Origin: a virus
Reading direction: 5' to 3' (one strand)
Virus record (IMG/VR): IMGVR_UViG_3300016471_001035
Coordinates: 64,001-128,000 of that record
DNA length: 64,000 nt
The notes below the pieces were generated by a model that was not told where the DNA came from, did not search any database, and saw only the letters and a program-made list of their open reading frames with translations. How positions within the stretch are numbered: the first letter of the stretch is position 1; each line of letters opens with the position of its first letter. This document shows positions 49,092 through 59,609 of this stretch, one piece after another. The position numbers were made by a program, and so were the translations under genes.

Positions 49092-50029
49092 TGAATAGTG
49101 ATTTTAATAATTTATGGATTGAAAAGTATAGACCTGCTTGTTTATCTGATTATGTAATCAGCGAAACAAACAAGAAAATTATTGAATCGTTTAAAACAAA
49201 AAAAGAAATACCTAATCTCTTATTTTTAGGCACACCAGGGCTTGGTAAAACAACTTTAGCTAAGATTATAGTTAATAATATTCTAAATTGTCAATATCTC
49301 TACATTAATGCAAGCGACGAAAACGGTATAGATACAATCAGAACTAAAGTTACTAGCTTTGCACAGACAAAAAGCATTGATGGTACAATAAAAGTTATTA
49401 TTTTAGATGAGACTGATGGTCTATCCATTGATGCTCAACGTGCACTTAGAAATACAATGGAAGAGTTTGCTAGAATTACACGGTTTATTTTAACTGCTAA
49501 CTACAAATATAGAGTTATAAATGCATTACAAAGCAGATGTCAAAGTATAGACTTAACGCCTCCTTTGGACGGTGTAGTAAAACGTGTTGGTTTTATTTTA
49601 AAGAATGAAAAAATAGATATTAAAGCTGAACACAAGCCAAAGTTACTATCGTTTATAAGAGAAAACTATCCAGATCTTCGTAAAATAGTAAATGAGGTTC
49701 AAAAACACTCTACAACTGGTTCACTTAATCTAAGTGGTATTGATAATAATGAGATATTATCTTTAATCTTTGGTGAGATAAAGAAAAATAACACGCTTAA
49801 TTTAAGAAAAGCGCTAATAGAGAATGAATCACAGTTTAATTCTGATTACGTAAATCTATTACGAAATCTTTTTAATTATATAGACTCTAACGAACAGAAT
49901 GTATCCGTGAAGAAGCAGTATTTATTATTAATTGCTGAACATCTTTACAGGAGTAGCTTTGTAGTAGACCAAGAAATTAACTGTTATTCTTGTTTTATTG
50001 CTCTAAGCAATGTTACGGCAAGTAGTTAG
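49091..50029 (+). CDS. gp44: clamp loader AAA+ subunit gp44
   Basis: WIEKYRP, GTPGLGKTT, NASDENG, LDETD, SRC. Confidence 0.92.
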   Translation: MNSDFNNLWIEKYRPACLSDYVISETNKKIIESFKTKKEIPNLLFLGTPGLGKTTLAKIIVNNILNCQYLYINASDENGIDTIRTKVTSFAQTKSIDGTIKVIILDETDGLSIDAQRALRNTMEEFARITRFILTANYKYRVINALQSRCQSIDLTPPLDGVVKRVGFILKNEKIDIKAEHKPKLLSFIRENYPDLRKIVNEVQKHSTTGSLNLSGIDNNEILSLIFGEIKKNNTLNLRKALIENESQFNSDYVNLLRNLFNYIDSNEQNVSVKKQYLLLIAEHLYRSSFVVDQEINCYSCFIALSNVTASS

Positions 50030-50615
50030 CAGTGTAGCTAGCAGGGTCTTTGTGACCTACTGCAGGAGATGAAGGTATCTTAACATTGATATTTTGTAAT
50101 TCTCTATCACCCTTACTTAGTTTCTTATTACCGACATCAGAAAGTCTGGTCTGACCAGGAGATAGAAATGGAACTTCTTGATTTTCATCTTTAAATTTCT
50201 TAGGCTTTATATTAGTTCTTTTGCCGGGATCATCTTTTTTAAATACCTCAGGAACATCCGGTAAATTTGGATATGAACTCTTTGGCTGTACTAAATGAGC
50301 AGGAATAGTTACGAAATCCTTATATCTGCCAGGTGCAATCTCGGATGTTATGTCTAAAACTACTTCGCCATTGTTATAGTCGTTGTTACCAGCGCCCTGA
50401 ACTGCAGGTAAAAGAGTTTTTACTGCTGATACCCTGAGGTTTAAACCACTATTCATCATTTCCTTGATCTTCTCTACGGTATTAACACCTTTATCCTTAA
50501 ACCAGGGATCTCTCAATGCATTTTCTTTAAAAATAACAAGATCTCCTGCTAAGAAGCCACCTAAAGTATAGCGCTGCATCCACGACTCATACAATTTGAC
50601 AAAATTACGGCTCAT
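50013..50615 (-). CDS. hypothetical late protein
   Basis: 200 aa; MSRNFVKLYE leader; late box. Confidence 0.55.
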   Translation of the reverse strand: MSRNFVKLYESWMQRYTLGGFLAGDLVIFKENALRDPWFKDKGVNTVEKIKEMMNSGLNLRVSAVKTLLPAVQGAGNNDYNNGEVVLDITSEIAPGRYKDFVTIPAHLVQPKSSYPNLPDVPEVFKKDDPGKRTNIKPKKFKDENQEVPFLSPGQTRLSDVGNKKLSKGDRELQNINVKIPSSPAVGHKDPASYTANYLP

Positions 50616-50671
50616 TTAAATTATTTATTGTTTTGCATTGCTTAAAATCGTTTTTAAAACATAAAAATCGA

Positions 50672-50679
50672 TATAAATA
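50672..50679 (+). promoter_or_regulatory. late promoter (gp25)
   Basis: TATAAATA-N5-GTG. Confidence 0.7.
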
Positions 50680-50684
50680 TGTAT

Positions 50685-51167
50685 GTGGCTACTATAAAAG
50701 TACAATCTATTGCTGAGCCAGAAAAGTCAGAAAGTAGTTTTTTGTATACAGATTTAAAACTAGATCTTCAAATAGACTATACAAAGAACAATGAGTTTTT
50801 AAAACGAAAAGAAGTAAGAGATTTACAAATAGATTATGATTACGCAGCTGTAAGAAACTCTATATTCAATTTATTTACAACAATTCCTGGTCAACGCATT
50901 TTAAACCCCGAATTTGGTTTAGGGCTACAAAAATATTTGTTTAACCCTGTCGATGAAGATATTGCCAGACTTATAGGTAATGATATTTTAAGAGGATTAA
51001 ATATTTTTGAACCTAGAGTTAGAGCTAACAGCATAGATGTTGTAGCTGATGAGTTAGAGCAGCAATACACCATAACTTTAATACTTACCTTATTAACTAT
51101 TGATCCTGTAACTGGTTTTAGATTGGTAGGTATATTAAGTAATACAGGATTCACATTTACAACATAA
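50685..51167 (+). CDS. gp25: baseplate wedge gp25
   Basis: SIFNLFTTIPGQRILNPEFG, FEPRV; GTG 50685 chosen from late-box spacing. Confidence 0.88.
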   Translation: MATIKVQSIAEPEKSESSFLYTDLKLDLQIDYTKNNEFLKRKEVRDLQIDYDYAAVRNSIFNLFTTIPGQRILNPEFGLGLQKYLFNPVDEDIARLIGNDILRGLNIFEPRVRANSIDVVADELEQQYTITLILTLLTIDPVTGFRLVGILSNTGFTFTT

Positions 51168-51168
51168 T

Positions 51169-53022
51169 ATGGCAACATTTAACGATTTTACATTATCCAA
51201 AGACGGCTACGTAGCATTTGATGCTTTGAGCTTGAAAAGCCTTATCAAGACTCGGCTTAATACTAATCGTATATTTACAGATCAAAATTTTGAGGGCAGC
51301 AATCTTTCCTCAGTTATAGATATTATTGCATATGCATATCACGTTTTAATTTTTTATTTAAATAGATCTGCTGCTGAAAGCACCTTTACAACCGCTGAAT
51401 TATATGAAAACATTAATAAAATTGTAAAAATTTTAAATTATAATCCTATAGGTAATCAAACATCTATTTTATCTTTTCTTGCAAAAGCATTACCTTCACT
51501 CTTACCGAATACCTATACAATTCCTCGATATTCTTATTTTACTATAAATGGTGCATCATATTCGTTTAATCAAGATGTTACTTTTTCTAAAAATACTACA
51601 GAAGAAGAAGTTTTAACTAATTTACAAGAAAGTAATTTATTGTATCAAGGAAGCTATAATGAATATCCTACATACATAGCCACAGGTGAACCTTTTGAAG
51701 TTTTAACTATGACATTAGTTAATACAGAAGGTGAAAATATAGTATTAGATCATTTTAATATGGATGTTTATGTAAAAGATAACACCATTTTAAATGCAGT
51801 TTGGGAAAAATGGTCTCCTACTCAATCTTTATTTTTAGAAAGATCTAATTCTAAGGTTTATGAAGTTAGATTGAATGAAAATGGTAGATATGAGTTTCGT
51901 TTTGGTAATAATGTTACTGGAAAACAGTTAAATGAGGGCGATGAAGTGGCTATTTATTATTTAAAATCTGATGGAAAGAAAGGTGAAGTAGGCCCGGGGT
52001 TGTTAGACAATAATAAATTATATTTTTACAGTACCACAAGGTTTAATCAAATAAAATCTGATACCACTCCTTCGAATTTAACACTTATCACAGAAGCACA
52101 ATCAAATAGTATAAACTTTTCTAATATTGACGCCTCTTCTCCTTTTGTTGCACGTGAATCTGTTGATAGTATTAAAATTAATTCTCTTAATACGTTTAGA
52201 AGCCAGTATAGATTAATTACATCAGAAGATTTTACAAACTATGTACTAAAGAACTACAGTAATATAATTTCTTCTACCGTCGCCGTCAATAACTGGGACT
52301 ATATCTCAGGACATTTAAAATACTTTTTTGATTTAGGTGTTGATAAACCAAATTATGAAAGCAGAGTGCTTTTTAATCAAGTAAAATTCGCTGACTCTTG
52401 TAATTTTAACAACGTTTACATATATGCAGTACCTAAATTAGAAAAACTTACCTCATTAACTACTAGAACTAATTACTTAAATACAGCTCAAAAGCAGCTT
52501 ATTATTAACGACCTACAAAAGGTAAAACTTACTACTGCAGAGGTTATTATAAACGACCCCGTTTATGTCGCAATAGATCTAGGTGTAAGATTTCCAAGCG
52601 AAATTCTTTCTCCCTCTATTTCAGACAATACATTCTTGGAAATACAACGAGATATTACCGCTAAAAGAAATCCAGAAGCCTTAAAACAGCAAGTTGCGCA
52701 AATATTTAAAGACTATTTTTCAACTTTAAAAGATAATTTAGGTTTGACTATTAGCTTGACAGACATTACAAATAAAATTCTTGCTATAGAAGGCGTAAAA
52801 GGTATTAATACAGTTCGTACTGAGGGCACCAATACAATTACTATACCCGGTATAAGCTTATTAATCTATAACCCGGTTTACCCGTTCGATGATATAAGAA
52901 TTACAACACAAGATGAAAAGCTACCATTCTTTAAGTTTCCTTTTTTAAATAATCCGCTAGATTTCAAAAACAAAATAAATGTCATAACACCATCTATTCA
53001 GACATTACAACGTGAGTTTTAA
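51169..53022 (+). CDS. gp6: baseplate wedge gp6
   Basis: FTDQNFEGSN, FGNNVTGK, ESVDSIK, QYRLIT..DF. Confidence 0.85.
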   Translation: MATFNDFTLSKDGYVAFDALSLKSLIKTRLNTNRIFTDQNFEGSNLSSVIDIIAYAYHVLIFYLNRSAAESTFTTAELYENINKIVKILNYNPIGNQTSILSFLAKALPSLLPNTYTIPRYSYFTINGASYSFNQDVTFSKNTTEEEVLTNLQESNLLYQGSYNEYPTYIATGEPFEVLTMTLVNTEGENIVLDHFNMDVYVKDNTILNAVWEKWSPTQSLFLERSNSKVYEVRLNENGRYEFRFGNNVTGKQLNEGDEVAIYYLKSDGKKGEVGPGLLDNNKLYFYSTTRFNQIKSDTTPSNLTLITEAQSNSINFSNIDASSPFVARESVDSIKINSLNTFRSQYRLITSEDFTNYVLKNYSNIISSTVAVNNWDYISGHLKYFFDLGVDKPNYESRVLFNQVKFADSCNFNNVYIYAVPKLEKLTSLTTRTNYLNTAQKQLIINDLQKVKLTTAEVIINDPVYVAIDLGVRFPSEILSPSISDNTFLEIQRDITAKRNPEALKQQVAQIFKDYFSTLKDNLGLTISLTDITNKILAIEGVKGINTVRTEGTNTITIPGISLLIYNPVYPFDDIRITTQDEKLPFFKFPFLNNPLDFKNKINVITPSIQTLQREF

Positions 53023-53024
53023 AG

Positions 53025-56000
53025 ATGGCTAATTTTGTAAATTATACTTATGTATATTTCTACATAACTAACTATACCGGTACTAATACACTTACTTCCT
53101 ACACTCTACCAAATACGCCAGTAACATTTTATCCGGATTTTACCACTTCAGCTATTTTAACTGCTACAGATAACATATCTAATAAGATTATAAGATGGGA
53201 TTTTGGTGATGGTACTTTTTCTAATGAGTTAACAGCTGTTCATCATTATGAATGGCCGGGAGAATATAGCGTAAGGCTTACTGTTTATGATAAACAGGGC
53301 AGTAGCTTCGATAGCTCTTACAGACCAGTAGTAAAAATATATGATTATGTTTATGATCAGCTGCAATTTAGAGATTATATAAAATTTATATACGATGTAC
53401 CTGCTAGCAAAATACAAGACCCTCTCATTATTGAAAGGCAGAATAGCTGGCAATCATATCCCGCGCTTAGTGCTAATGGATATACTTTAAATCTTTATGC
53501 CTCAGGCGCAAACGGTCAATATCAGAACATTGATAACTTTTATGACGACAAATGGTCACATCTAAGAGCTTTAAGTAGGTTTTACATAAAAAATAGAATA
53601 GGAGCAAATTTTGAATTTAAATCTGTAAGTCAAGTAACAACCACCAATGAAGAAATTTATGTAAAATTAGCAAATAAAAAATTAATTTTATGTAAAAAAG
53701 ATGATGAGGGTGCTGTTTTAGCAGGCACAAAAGGAACTGCAGAAATTTATTACGTAGATGATGTAGCTAAAAATTTTACTACAAGAGAACCTCCTATTTT
53801 CGTATTTGCAACATTTGATAGTTCAAAATTTGAGGACTGGTACAGCATATTACATAATTCCTACCCTACAATAAATTATCCACCTTATGGGTTTCAAAAT
53901 TTAAAGCCTGCAGTACTTCCCATTATTAAGGTTAGACACAATGAAGCAACTAGACTATCCATTACTACAACAGGAATTGATGGCGAAGGATATCTTTCCG
54001 CAACCAACTTTAATATGCCAGAGATTAGCTGGCAAAACACAGAAATACCTTTCGTTATTAGAATGAAAGATAGAGATAACTATACAACAAAAACTTATCC
54101 TCCACTGTCCTCATCTACAATTAATTCATCTTTATCAACCTTAACTGCATTTGATGTAAAGTTTGGTTTAATTGAACAGACTAATACAGGATTTAAAGAA
54201 GTAAGTACAATAAAATTTTACGAAGATTTTAATTCAGAAATTCCACAAAGTATTGGAGCTTTTTATAAAGGCTATTTTGTATCACCCGAAACAACTTATA
54301 ACTGTAAGCTTACAGCTCAAATGACTGTAGTTGACCCTCTTAATTTTCCTAAAGACTCGTTAATAGGTTGGATAGCAGCCCCACAATACAATAAACTGTT
54401 AAGATTTTTTAGACAACAAATTTATAGTAATTGCCCTGGATATCTTACTGTTACAATTTCTGCATCAAGACAATATTTTAATTCATTTGAAAATAGAAAT
54501 GTATATGCAATTCAGGTCGCGCCCTCAGGAAATGGTCCAGGAAAAGATTATGAAACTTGGTTTGCTGATGGAACAAGTGATAGGGTATTCAAATTTAATG
54601 CAAGCGGAGATATATTACTAGACATACCTTTAAATAATGCCCCTACTTTATCTGGAGGTCAAATAATAAATGTAAATTACCTTTCCCCTGTACTAAGTAG
54701 TGCGGCTCCAGGTAGTATTACTTTGGATAGAAATAACGATATATGGGTAGCTTTATTTGATTCTGTATCCTGTATAAAGATCGATGCTACAGAAGGATAT
54801 GTTAAGGCTGTAGCTTATCCTCCGTATAATAATATTGTATATAGCTTAAGTTCCAGTTACAATATACCTACATTAAGTGGTTTTGCCGGTGAAAACCTGC
54901 TGCTACCTTCTTCAGTAGATACTGACAGAGAAGATAATTTATGGGTCTCATATACTCACCCCGCATCAAACTTCTTAGTAAAGTATGATTCTCAAGGAAA
55001 TTATTTATTTACTGTGGGGATGTCTGCATTACATTCACCAGTAGAAATAGTAATAGATAGAAATCGTTTTGTATGGCTATCAACTTATAATCTTACTACT
55101 AGCGGTGCTTCACTTACTTCTAGAAACGACTTTTTATATAAATTTACCTCAACTGGTGCATTAGTTAGCGGCTACCCTCTTTCTGGCTTTAGATTTATAG
55201 GTAATTTAACAGTTGACGGTAATCAAAATGCGTGGGTAGTACATAATAAAGATACAGTTACTAGAGTAAGCGGTGAAGATGGTACAACAACTGATTATAT
55301 TGCAGGCTCAGGAAATTTTACAAACTACATAGGTAGCATTGGCGGTATTGCTGTTGATACTAGTTCTTATCTATGGGTAATTAATAATTTAAATCAAAGA
55401 TTGTATCTTATAGATACGCTACTACCTCCAGCATCATCTTTAGAAGATTATGAATATGTTGAAATAGAGTACCCCGCAACATCCCCTGAAAACCAGCCAT
55501 CAACTTTTGAAGACAAACAGCTTCAAGCTTACGGTGACTGGCTAGGTAGTAGATGGATTAACAAGCATATGTTAGCAGAAACCACAACACGTGTAATTAC
55601 TGGCGAATCAACTAGCTTTAACATATATCCTCTATCAGGCGTTTACAATATTCAAAAAGTAAACGAGAATTTTAATACTGAAAAATTTTATAAAGATTTA
55701 ATATTTACAGAAAATTTAGAAGATAAAAAAATATTTTTTGAAGACTTTTTAGGCACTATAGTAGGCGATGGCAAATCTATGCCCTACGAACTAGGTAAAA
55801 CAATTTACGAAAAAATTGCAAATTATGTAAATAATACTTCTGATATAGATTCGTGTAATTTAGACCAGCTACTTTCATTTTGCGATGAGCTATCAGTTCA
55901 GTTCGAACAGTATAATTATCCATTCCCACCACAGCTTTTAAGACTAGTAAACCTACTTTCCATTAAACATAAAAAGCTGTGGGGCGATTTAAACAAATAT

Positions 56001-56456
56001 GATATATTATTTTTAAGAGATACAACAAAGCTTACAGAGTATAACACATTAACAAGTACTATTTCTTGCGGTTATCCTATTGTAGCGAAAGAAAAATTTT
56101 CAGACCTCTATACTGTAGTAAACAATAATATAATAAGCAATTACACTTACGGGTATGTGTTGCCTTTATCCGATTATTCTGTTGAATGGGGTTGGGGATT
56201 GGTAGCACCTAGAGGTCTTTCAGGTGATAGAATCTCAGATTATTATAAATTTTATGAGTATAAGCCTGTAGAGGATACAAGGTATTTTAATAATATTATC
56301 GATTGGGACAACTCAATGAATACACTTACATTTAATAATAGCTCTTTTAATAATTGGAAAAAAGATAATGGAATGATGCAAAATATGCTAAGTTACGAGC
56401 TAACTAAAGGATTAAGACTGTTTTTAAGCGGTAGTAACATTGTATATAACAATTAA
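53025..56456 (+). CDS. large baseplate protein with PKD domain and NHL/Vgb-like propeller (gp7-like position)
   Basis: WDFGDG..H.Y..PG.Y.V.L PKD motif; repeated D...N.WV blades. Confidence 0.65.
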   Translation: MANFVNYTYVYFYITNYTGTNTLTSYTLPNTPVTFYPDFTTSAILTATDNISNKIIRWDFGDGTFSNELTAVHHYEWPGEYSVRLTVYDKQGSSFDSSYRPVVKIYDYVYDQLQFRDYIKFIYDVPASKIQDPLIIERQNSWQSYPALSANGYTLNLYASGANGQYQNIDNFYDDKWSHLRALSRFYIKNRIGANFEFKSVSQVTTTNEEIYVKLANKKLILCKKDDEGAVLAGTKGTAEIYYVDDVAKNFTTREPPIFVFATFDSSKFEDWYSILHNSYPTINYPPYGFQNLKPAVLPIIKVRHNEATRLSITTTGIDGEGYLSATNFNMPEISWQNTEIPFVIRMKDRDNYTTKTYPPLSSSTINSSLSTLTAFDVKFGLIEQTNTGFKEVSTIKFYEDFNSEIPQSIGAFYKGYFVSPETTYNCKLTAQMTVVDPLNFPKDSLIGWIAAPQYNKLLRFFRQQIYSNCPGYLTVTISASRQYFNSFENRNVYAIQVAPSGNGPGKDYETWFADGTSDRVFKFNASGDILLDIPLNNAPTLSGGQIINVNYLSPVLSSAAPGSITLDRNNDIWVALFDSVSCIKIDATEGYVKAVAYPPYNNIVYSLSSSYNIPTLSGFAGENLLLPSSVDTDREDNLWVSYTHPASNFLVKYDSQGNYLFTVGMSALHSPVEIVIDRNRFVWLSTYNLTTSGASLTSRNDFLYKFTSTGALVSGYPLSGFRFIGNLTVDGNQNAWVVHNKDTVTRVSGEDGTTTDYIAGSGNFTNYIGSIGGIAVDTSSYLWVINNLNQRLYLIDTLLPPASSLEDYEYVEIEYPATSPENQPSTFEDKQLQAYGDWLGSRWINKHMLAETTTRVITGESTSFNIYPLSGVYNIQKVNENFNTEKFYKDLIFTENLEDKKIFFEDFLGTIVGDGKSMPYELGKTIYEKIANYVNNTSDIDSCNLDQLLSFCDELSVQFEQYNYPFPPQLLRLVNLLSIKHKKLWGDLNKYDILFLRDTTKLTEYNTLTSTISCGYPIVAKEKFSDLYTVVNNNIISNYTYGYVLPLSDYSVEWGWGLVAPRGLSGDRISDYYKFYEYKPVEDTRYFNNIIDWDNSMNTLTFNNSSFNNWKKDNGMMQNMLSYELTKGLRLFLSGSNIVYNN

Positions 56457-56459
56457 ATA
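56454..56459 (+). promoter_or_regulatory. late promoter
   Basis: TAAATA-N5-ATG; includes the upstream stop codon. Confidence 0.6.
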
Positions 56460-56464
56460 CTTAA

Positions 56465-59400
56465 ATGGTATCTAATAATAGATTTATTGATGAGAAGCTA
56501 TCAGTATCCATTACTTCTCTTGTTGCACCATCAAACCCTGTAGATAGCAATAAGCCTTTATCTTTTCAAGAATGGCTAAAATATAATAATTCTTTATTCA
56601 CTAATGCAGACGACTTTTTATCTAGATATCAATCTTATCTTAATAATTGGTATGAGATAAAAAATATTGCTAAGCCTGAGCAGGTTGCTATAACTAAATC
56701 ACTTTACACCTTATTAATTAATGAAATTGTACTTTCCTTTACTTCTACAGATGAAAGACGGTTTTTAAAAAATATTGATTTTAATAATAATAGAGATCTA
56801 GCTGTTGCTGTACCTTTTTTTGCTAAAAAAATTAAAGATATATGCTTATATTACAGTACATTAAGAGATGACGTTAAATCTTCTGTTGTACAGTACAATT
56901 TAAAAGGTTCTATTTACGGTACAAAAAACTTAATTTATAATCAAATATCAAAGTCATTAGAAACTGAAGATTTGACAGACTTAATTAGAACTTTAAACTA
57001 CTCTTTATCAGATATTAGAAATAATATGGTGGTAGATATAGAAGAGCTATATGATACTAATCAAAACTATTTTGATGTTAGCCCTTACCTTCCTGCATCA
57101 TCTTATGATGTCACAGAAGGTGAAAGAGAAAAATATTTTTCTGTTAATCAGTACGATATTGACCCAAATTTGTTTTTAAACTTTGATACTTCAATAGTAG
57201 ATGCAATTACGTCTTACCCGTTCTTTTTGCTAGAGTTTGGTACTAATAATTTTTCTGCTAACATACCAGGTCTTTCTTCTGAATCGCTAAACTATCTCAA
57301 AGATAGAGATTATATTAATACTGTTAACACAGAAGACAGAGACAATTTAAATCTTAATTTAAATTTAAACCAAATTACAAAGTTTATAGGTACTGATTTT
57401 TACTATATATCTACCAATTCTACTGGGGTAGAGTATCTTTCCGGTAGACTGTTTGTTGCAGATAATAATTTTGCAAATTATCTTAATAAAAGATACCCAT
57501 CTGTAGCAGCTATCCCGTCTTCTGAATTTATTAAATCAGGTAAAGATATAGGGCTTTTTTTTAAGCCTGATAAATTAGGGTTATCTAACTTCTACAGCTT
57601 TGGACTAGCTACGACAATTAAAAACTCAGTATTAAGTGCAGATACTGTATATGTGTTTCCAGATCCTTCTATTTACGGAGACATTTCTAGTTTAACTGAA
57701 GAGGAATTTAACTCCCCCATTGTTTATACAGACTTATCTTATTTTAATAAAATAGATTTTTCAAATCAATTTAAATTTGGTGATACTATAAGCGGGCCTT
57801 ATTTTCAAACTTTAAGAGCATATCAAGCACGTGAACAATCACTTGGCATAGGACTACAGGGGCTATCAAGATATACAGATTCACAAGATTTTTTTGAAGG
57901 GTATAAGAAAAATGTTTGGTCTAACAAAGATGTTTTTCCTATTATACCACAAAATGTTTTTCCTATAGATAATAGAATAGAAAAACTATATTCAATTAAT
58001 AAAACTATTACACAGCAAAAATCTGATATTTACGGTAACGATTATGTATTATATAAAGACGTTGAACCTTTAAAAAGACTATCTAATACCCCAACTAATC
58101 AAGGCGGATTAAAAATTTATTACTGCCTTTACATTGATGGGCATGTCTTTTTTGATGCTATTTCCGGCTACAACTTTGATTATACTGAATATTTACCTGC
58201 AAAAAATTATACAGGCATTCTATTAAAAACTACAACAAACATCCCACCAGGCACAGGGTATTATGTGCAGGGTCCTAATTATCTCACACCATCACCTCTT
58301 TCTGCTTCAAAATACAACAACGGTATTCCGGAATTTACTTTACCCTCATTAACAGCCGTTATAGTTTCATACAGATTTCAACCCGATACATTCTGCCCTG
58401 ATGAGATAAAAGTTAAGTTTGATTGTAGTGTTTACGACGGCGAAACTTTTGTATCACCTGCAAGCGGTCTTTTACCCGATACTTCATCCGACGAGCCAAC
58501 TTTTGATCCCGAAATAGCAAATGTTTATTATGGTATTTTAGTCGACGGTGGTGTTAATCCTAACGGTCCAGATTATAGAGCTAATTTTGTTTACCCTGGA
58601 GAATTTACCTTTACCCCACCGGTGTCTGCAGTAGAAGATGTTAACGGTAGTATTTTTGCTTATAATAGTGCTTCCCCTTGCGGTGATGATAATGTGTTTT
58701 CAGTATCCTATATTGAAAAGAGTAATTTCATGGATTATAAAATTCCTTTTAGAAATACACAGGTTATAGAAGGGCTTTCAGGTATTGATTCTAAGAGAAC
58801 GTTATATGAAACTAATTTTATAGATTATGGTCAACTTTATTATAGAAATTCTAATTCTTCTATAGTAGGTCCAGCATCAGCTGCATTAAGCGGAATGTAT
58901 TTAAAGTATAGTGTTAATATTGTAAATGAACTTAATAATAATCTAATTAACTTTGATATTGTATACGACACTATTATATTTGAAACAGAAAATTATCTTA
59001 TAGCGGACAAGCTTGTATTCGATTATGAGCAAAATAAAAACATAGATATATCAAAAAATGATTGTTATTTTCAGCGTAATGCCAATAAAGAGTTAGAAAA
59101 AATTTCTACTATATGGTATAACGAAGAAATAGATACGTTTTTCTTCTGTAAAACTGTATTATATAATCAGCTTAGCGCAACTAATTATAAAATAGTTTAT
59201 CCTGAAATTTATGCAATTAATGCTTCGAATTTAACTTTTAATAAAATTTATCCTCAAGTTTCTAATTCTGAATTAACTATAGATTACTTAAAAATGTTTT
59301 CATTATCTGGAAATAATATTGAAGTTAATATTATCAAAATAGATAAACCTTTATTTAATTATAATAATGAAACAGGTCTATACACTATTACCTGGCTAGG

Positions 59401-59608
59401 TAAAGATATTGCAAATAGCTTCTACATATTTAAAACATTCTTTAAATATATTAATGGCGTTATAACTAATATTAGCAATTCAATGTTTAAACTACTTCCA
59501 AATGTTAATACTATTAATTTTACAGGCGCTCTTTCTTCTTACTATGCAACACAAAACATTGCTGGTGAAGTAGGTGAAGTAACGAACGGAGAATTTATCT
59601 TTAACTAA
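56465..59608 (+). CDS. large baseplate/structural protein
   Basis: 1047 aa; late box; DIYGNDY motif; structural cluster. Confidence 0.55.
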   Translation: MVSNNRFIDEKLSVSITSLVAPSNPVDSNKPLSFQEWLKYNNSLFTNADDFLSRYQSYLNNWYEIKNIAKPEQVAITKSLYTLLINEIVLSFTSTDERRFLKNIDFNNNRDLAVAVPFFAKKIKDICLYYSTLRDDVKSSVVQYNLKGSIYGTKNLIYNQISKSLETEDLTDLIRTLNYSLSDIRNNMVVDIEELYDTNQNYFDVSPYLPASSYDVTEGEREKYFSVNQYDIDPNLFLNFDTSIVDAITSYPFFLLEFGTNNFSANIPGLSSESLNYLKDRDYINTVNTEDRDNLNLNLNLNQITKFIGTDFYYISTNSTGVEYLSGRLFVADNNFANYLNKRYPSVAAIPSSEFIKSGKDIGLFFKPDKLGLSNFYSFGLATTIKNSVLSADTVYVFPDPSIYGDISSLTEEEFNSPIVYTDLSYFNKIDFSNQFKFGDTISGPYFQTLRAYQAREQSLGIGLQGLSRYTDSQDFFEGYKKNVWSNKDVFPIIPQNVFPIDNRIEKLYSINKTITQQKSDIYGNDYVLYKDVEPLKRLSNTPTNQGGLKIYYCLYIDGHVFFDAISGYNFDYTEYLPAKNYTGILLKTTTNIPPGTGYYVQGPNYLTPSPLSASKYNNGIPEFTLPSLTAVIVSYRFQPDTFCPDEIKVKFDCSVYDGETFVSPASGLLPDTSSDEPTFDPEIANVYYGILVDGGVNPNGPDYRANFVYPGEFTFTPPVSAVEDVNGSIFAYNSASPCGDDNVFSVSYIEKSNFMDYKIPFRNTQVIEGLSGIDSKRTLYETNFIDYGQLYYRNSNSSIVGPASAALSGMYLKYSVNIVNELNNNLINFDIVYDTIIFETENYLIADKLVFDYEQNKNIDISKNDCYFQRNANKELEKISTIWYNEEIDTFFFCKTVLYNQLSATNYKIVYPEIYAINASNLTFNKIYPQVSNSELTIDYLKMFSLSGNNIEVNIIKIDKPLFNYNNETGLYTITWLGKDIANSFYIFKTFFKYINGVITNISNSMFKLLPNVNTINFTGALSSYYATQNIAGEVGEVTNGEFIFN

Positions 59609-59609
59609 T

